Of a stretch of DNA of 64,000 bases, positions 60,715 to 64,000 are shown in pieces (positions within the stretch are counted from its first letter, which is position 1; the number at the start of each line of letters is the position of its first letter). The notes under the pieces are model-generated. The model was not told the origin of the DNA. It saw only the letters and a list, made by a program, of their open reading frames with translations, and searched no databases. Made by a program: the position numbers and the translations under genes. Source of the stretch: Scyliorhinus canicula (taxonomy: Eukaryota); NCBI RefSeq assembly GCF_902713615.1, contig NC_052172.1, forward strand, positions 6,367,337 through 6,431,336, read 5' to 3'.

Positions 60715-62755
60715 CTCCCATGGCGAGCGTACGAACGAACATCATCAGCTCTGGCTATTCCCGATTGCACGGAGGCATGAGACAAATGTGCCCATTGTCC
60801 CGCTGCTGTTCTTTCTGGTAATTGAGCCACTGGCCATCACTCGCAGATCAGTGAAGGGGAGACAGAATATCTCTCTATGCGGATTACCTTCTCACTGATG
60901 TATTGAAGCCCCCAGCCAGCATGCGTAAGATCACAGAACCACTGAGGGAGTTCAGAGCCTTCTCGGAACACAACCTAAACCTGAGCAAGAGCCAAATCTC
61001 CCCGGTAAAGCTGTCGGGGCGAGGAGCAGAGCTAGGGGCTCTGCCGTTCATACTGTCCCAAACCAAGTTCTGATACATGAGGATGCAGTTCGCCTTCGAC
61101 TGGCCGCGGCTCCACAAATGGAACCTATCCAGCCTATTGGAGGAGTTGAGGAGGGACCTGCAGAGGTAGGACTCCTTCCTCCCTCTCTAGTTGGAAGAGT
61201 GCGGACAATAACAATGAACCAGTTGCCAATGTTCCTCGTCATATTAAGATTGCTCCTGTTCTTCATCACCATATCCCTCTTCACTCAGGTGGATCATTGT
61301 GGCTTTCATTTGGGCGGGGAAGACCCCCAAGTTCCGCAATCCCATCCTACAAAGAGGTGCATGTTAGGGGGCGGGGGGGGGGGGAGGGCTTGGTCGTACC
61401 CAAGCTTCCACCCACTACTGGTCAGTAAACGCAGAGAGTGTGGGGTTGGCTGGGAGAGCCAGAGATGGAAGGGTGCAGATGGAGGAAACCTCCTGCATAG
61501 GAACTTCCCTTCCAACATTGGCCACTGCCCCACTCCCATTCCCCTCTACCATGTACTCGAGGAGCCCGGTAGTAATGGGCACACTAATGACCAGAAAACA
61601 GCTCAGAAAACGGGAAAGTTGGGAGGAAGTACTAGACATAGAGATAAGGGGAGGAATCTGGAGCGAAGCACCGCATCTTGTAAACTCCACAACCTCATGC
61701 GCAAGGTGGGGCCTAACGCAGCCAAATGTGGTGCCCAGAGTGCACCTGACCAGGACACGCATGCGTGTGTTCTTTTCGGAGGTGCAGTACAAATGTAAGA
61801 GTCACAGGGTCCGGCCAACCACACTCGCATGTCCTAGTTCTGCTCCACCTGATTTGGTTGTGGACCACCTTGTTCGAGGCGATGCCCAATGTTGTGGGGT
61901 AATGGTGATGCCACGCCCCTTCTTGGTGGATTTCGGGGTCTTGTAGCATCGAGAACTCTTCAGTGGGAGATCGGACCTGGGCGTTCGCAGGCCTGATAGC
62001 CAACCGGAGATCCTGCTCACATGGAGGTCGGCGGCGCCACCCAAGGCCGCAGACTGTCTGTCCGAACCAGCCGGATTGCTGGAACAGATCACATTGACCA
62101 TCCGGGGCCGGGGGCCTGTTCCAATCCACAGGGAAACAGTTCACCAACATCTTTGAGGACCTATTTCTCACTCGCAACTCGGAGGGAATGTTTGAGCAGG
62201 CGGCGGGGGGTGGGGGGGGGGGGGGGGGGGGGGGGAGGAGGCAGAACTAGTGGGGATGGACGGTGGATGCGGGGGGGAGACAGTGCGAGGGAGGGGTGAA
62301 GATAGCACCCATAATACAGGTAAAACAACAAGTGTTGGGCACAACAAGAGTACGGCGGCCCCGAAAAGTACAACAGCAACACGTCTCAAGAAATTGGCAG
62401 AGTCCTCAGGGGTCACCACCTTTGGCTGGCCTGGTCCTGAGGTGCTGTAGGCTGAGACTACTCAATGGCGTAACCCACCTCTCCCCCCACGACCCCCCAA
62501 GTCACACCAGGTTTTTTCTTGTGTTTTGCTGTGCTAAACAACAATAAACGTCTAAATTTGTAAGTATTAACAAGTCTGGCAAGATGCGCACCGCAAGCGA
62601 ATAGTTTAATCGCAGTGTCTAGGTTGAATTCAAAGATGTATCATACTTATTTCTGTTATTTTGGTAGAAATAAATGTAATCGGATTAAAAATATGTGATA
62701 CGTGTGTTTGTTATAAAACTAAAACCTTTCAATGAAAAAATGCTTTAAAATATAT
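60715..62755 (+). mobile_element. 3' half of the same L1/Tx1 element (paralogous to ~47438-49490)
   Basis: begins ccatggcgagcgtacgaacgaac (cf. ccatggcaagttcacgaacgaat at ~47438); same 3' end and same downstream flank. Confidence 0.85.
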
Positions 62756-63316
62756 ATATGGCTGGGCCGAAGCTGTCATGATGTAACAGTCCACCGTGCC
62801 TACATGTCGGGATCAGTGAGCTCAATTGCCTTCTCTTAATCCAACCAATAGGCTCACCGGGGCAAAGTGGCGTTTTCATTTTCTACTGACGGTTTCTGGG
62901 GTTCTGCCCGGTCTTCTCCTGCTACAGGTTCAAGAGAGTTGAATCGCTTCGCTCTGCTTCTTTGTGAGTGGCTCCAGGAGACTGACTGACTTCTTCCTGT
63001 GCCGGTCCGCGCGCTCATTAAGCATATTCCAGGCAGTTGTGTGTCGCAAGGTCCTACAGCGCCCCGTGCTGCATACACCATGTCAGTGTAAAAAATCTTG
63101 CTTTGGTTTCTGATATTGACAACCTCTGAGGTTGTTGTCATCCTATTTTTTTTCAGAATAGTAGAAATGTTTGGGGAAAAGTACGGAATAATCCGTTGTA
63201 TATTTCGCCAATAGATCACTTTCATTCTACCCCGTCTTTTCGTAACCAGAAGCACCCTGTTGACAGAATGTTCCAGCACCGCACTATTTTACCCTTATTG
63301 TTTTCTGCCCAGTTTG

Positions 63317-63547
63317 TGTTTTTGTTTAGAACTGCTCGTCTCTCTGAGACCGTTAACCTCCCCTGTGGATTTATTTAACTGGTGCCTATGGAGGCAGACA
63401 CATACTGCATCCCATCCCCAGGGCCTTGTCTGTATCACCATATATCAACAGTACTGGAGCCGTCCAAAATGCGCTTTCGTTACATTCTCTCCCCAGGAAA
63501 TGTAAATACCGCGGTGGGAATCTGTCGGATCATCTGCTTGTTAATAT
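63317..63547 (-). pseudogene. V11: family D V pseudogene with an internal FR3/heptamer deletion
   Basis: ttttcAG|..INKQMIRQIPTAVFTFPGERM*RKRILDGSSTVDIW*YRQGPGDGMQYV..GEVNG fused directly to an RSS spacer remnant plus ACAAAAACA. Confidence 0.75.
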
Positions 63548-64000
63548 CTGAAAAGAGACAGGGAGAGGAGCAGGCCAGTAAATTGCGACTATCTGGAAAA
63601 GGAGTAAAGAGTGAGTAAAGGACCATTATGACCGAACTCTCTCGTTTGGAATATCCTTATGGAGAAATAGGATGATCAGACCCAGTAACAGAAGGGCTTT
63701 GTCTCGAACTTTACTGCATTAAAAAGGTGCGACCGTCAGCGATATTGTGTGGTCCTCTGGTGGGCAGCCCGCAATTTTCAAATGATTGAGGATAGCAGGA
63801 AGAGAAAATCATTCAGCGTTCAACACGCCCATTCCTTCTCCAATCAACCAAAATGGATGTTTGCCCTCTATTAGCAATGGCTCACTGAAAATTGTGCATA
63901 ATTTATATTGTTCGTGTGTTCTTTGCTCATCGGAAATGCAATCATCCAATCTTGGAGCCCAAATGACCACCTCTGGTCATCAGCCAGATGCAGGTTCGGA

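Noticed and set aside
1-64000. D, J or C segments, 12-RSSs, or trypsinogen genes (typical of TRB loci)
   Set aside because: No FGxG J motif after a 12-RSS, no C exon and no serine-protease motifs were recognised
1-64000. IgNAR/NAR-TCR or IgH-type V identity
   Set aside because: The segments have full FR2/CDR2, their own leaders, and CAWS/CAAS ends; no tandem leaderless supporting V was seen

Overview
Vertebrate genomic DNA, almost certainly a cartilaginous fish (elasmobranch-type V-SINEs, CR1, Rex1/Babar, L1, Penelope and a 33-bp minisatellite). The window is part of a T-cell receptor V-segment array, most likely TCR beta. I find 11 V segments or remnants. Six look intact (leader exon, intron, V exon, 23-bp-spacer RSS): V1, V2, V4 and V7 on +, V9 and V10 on -. 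Five are pseudogenes, all on -: V3, V5, V6, V8 and V11. They fall into four sequence families, which I label A (V1, V4, V7), B (V2), C (V3, V5, V8, V9, V10) and D (V6, V11). They are arranged as repeated convergent cassettes made by segmental duplication. I saw no D, J or C segments. Most notable extras: a Penelope insertion forming a ~371-bp near-perfect hairpin with a minimal hammerhead-ribozyme motif in each arm; a duplicated, unexplained transmembrane-encoding exon or ORF inside the V cassettes; a Gln-to-Trp change at the V-V interface position in a whole V family; and a 3' FR3-plus-RSS module shared by otherwise divergent V families. Coordinates were counted by hand; repeat boundaries are approximate. 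There are two N gaps, 5310-5777 and 34614-35033.
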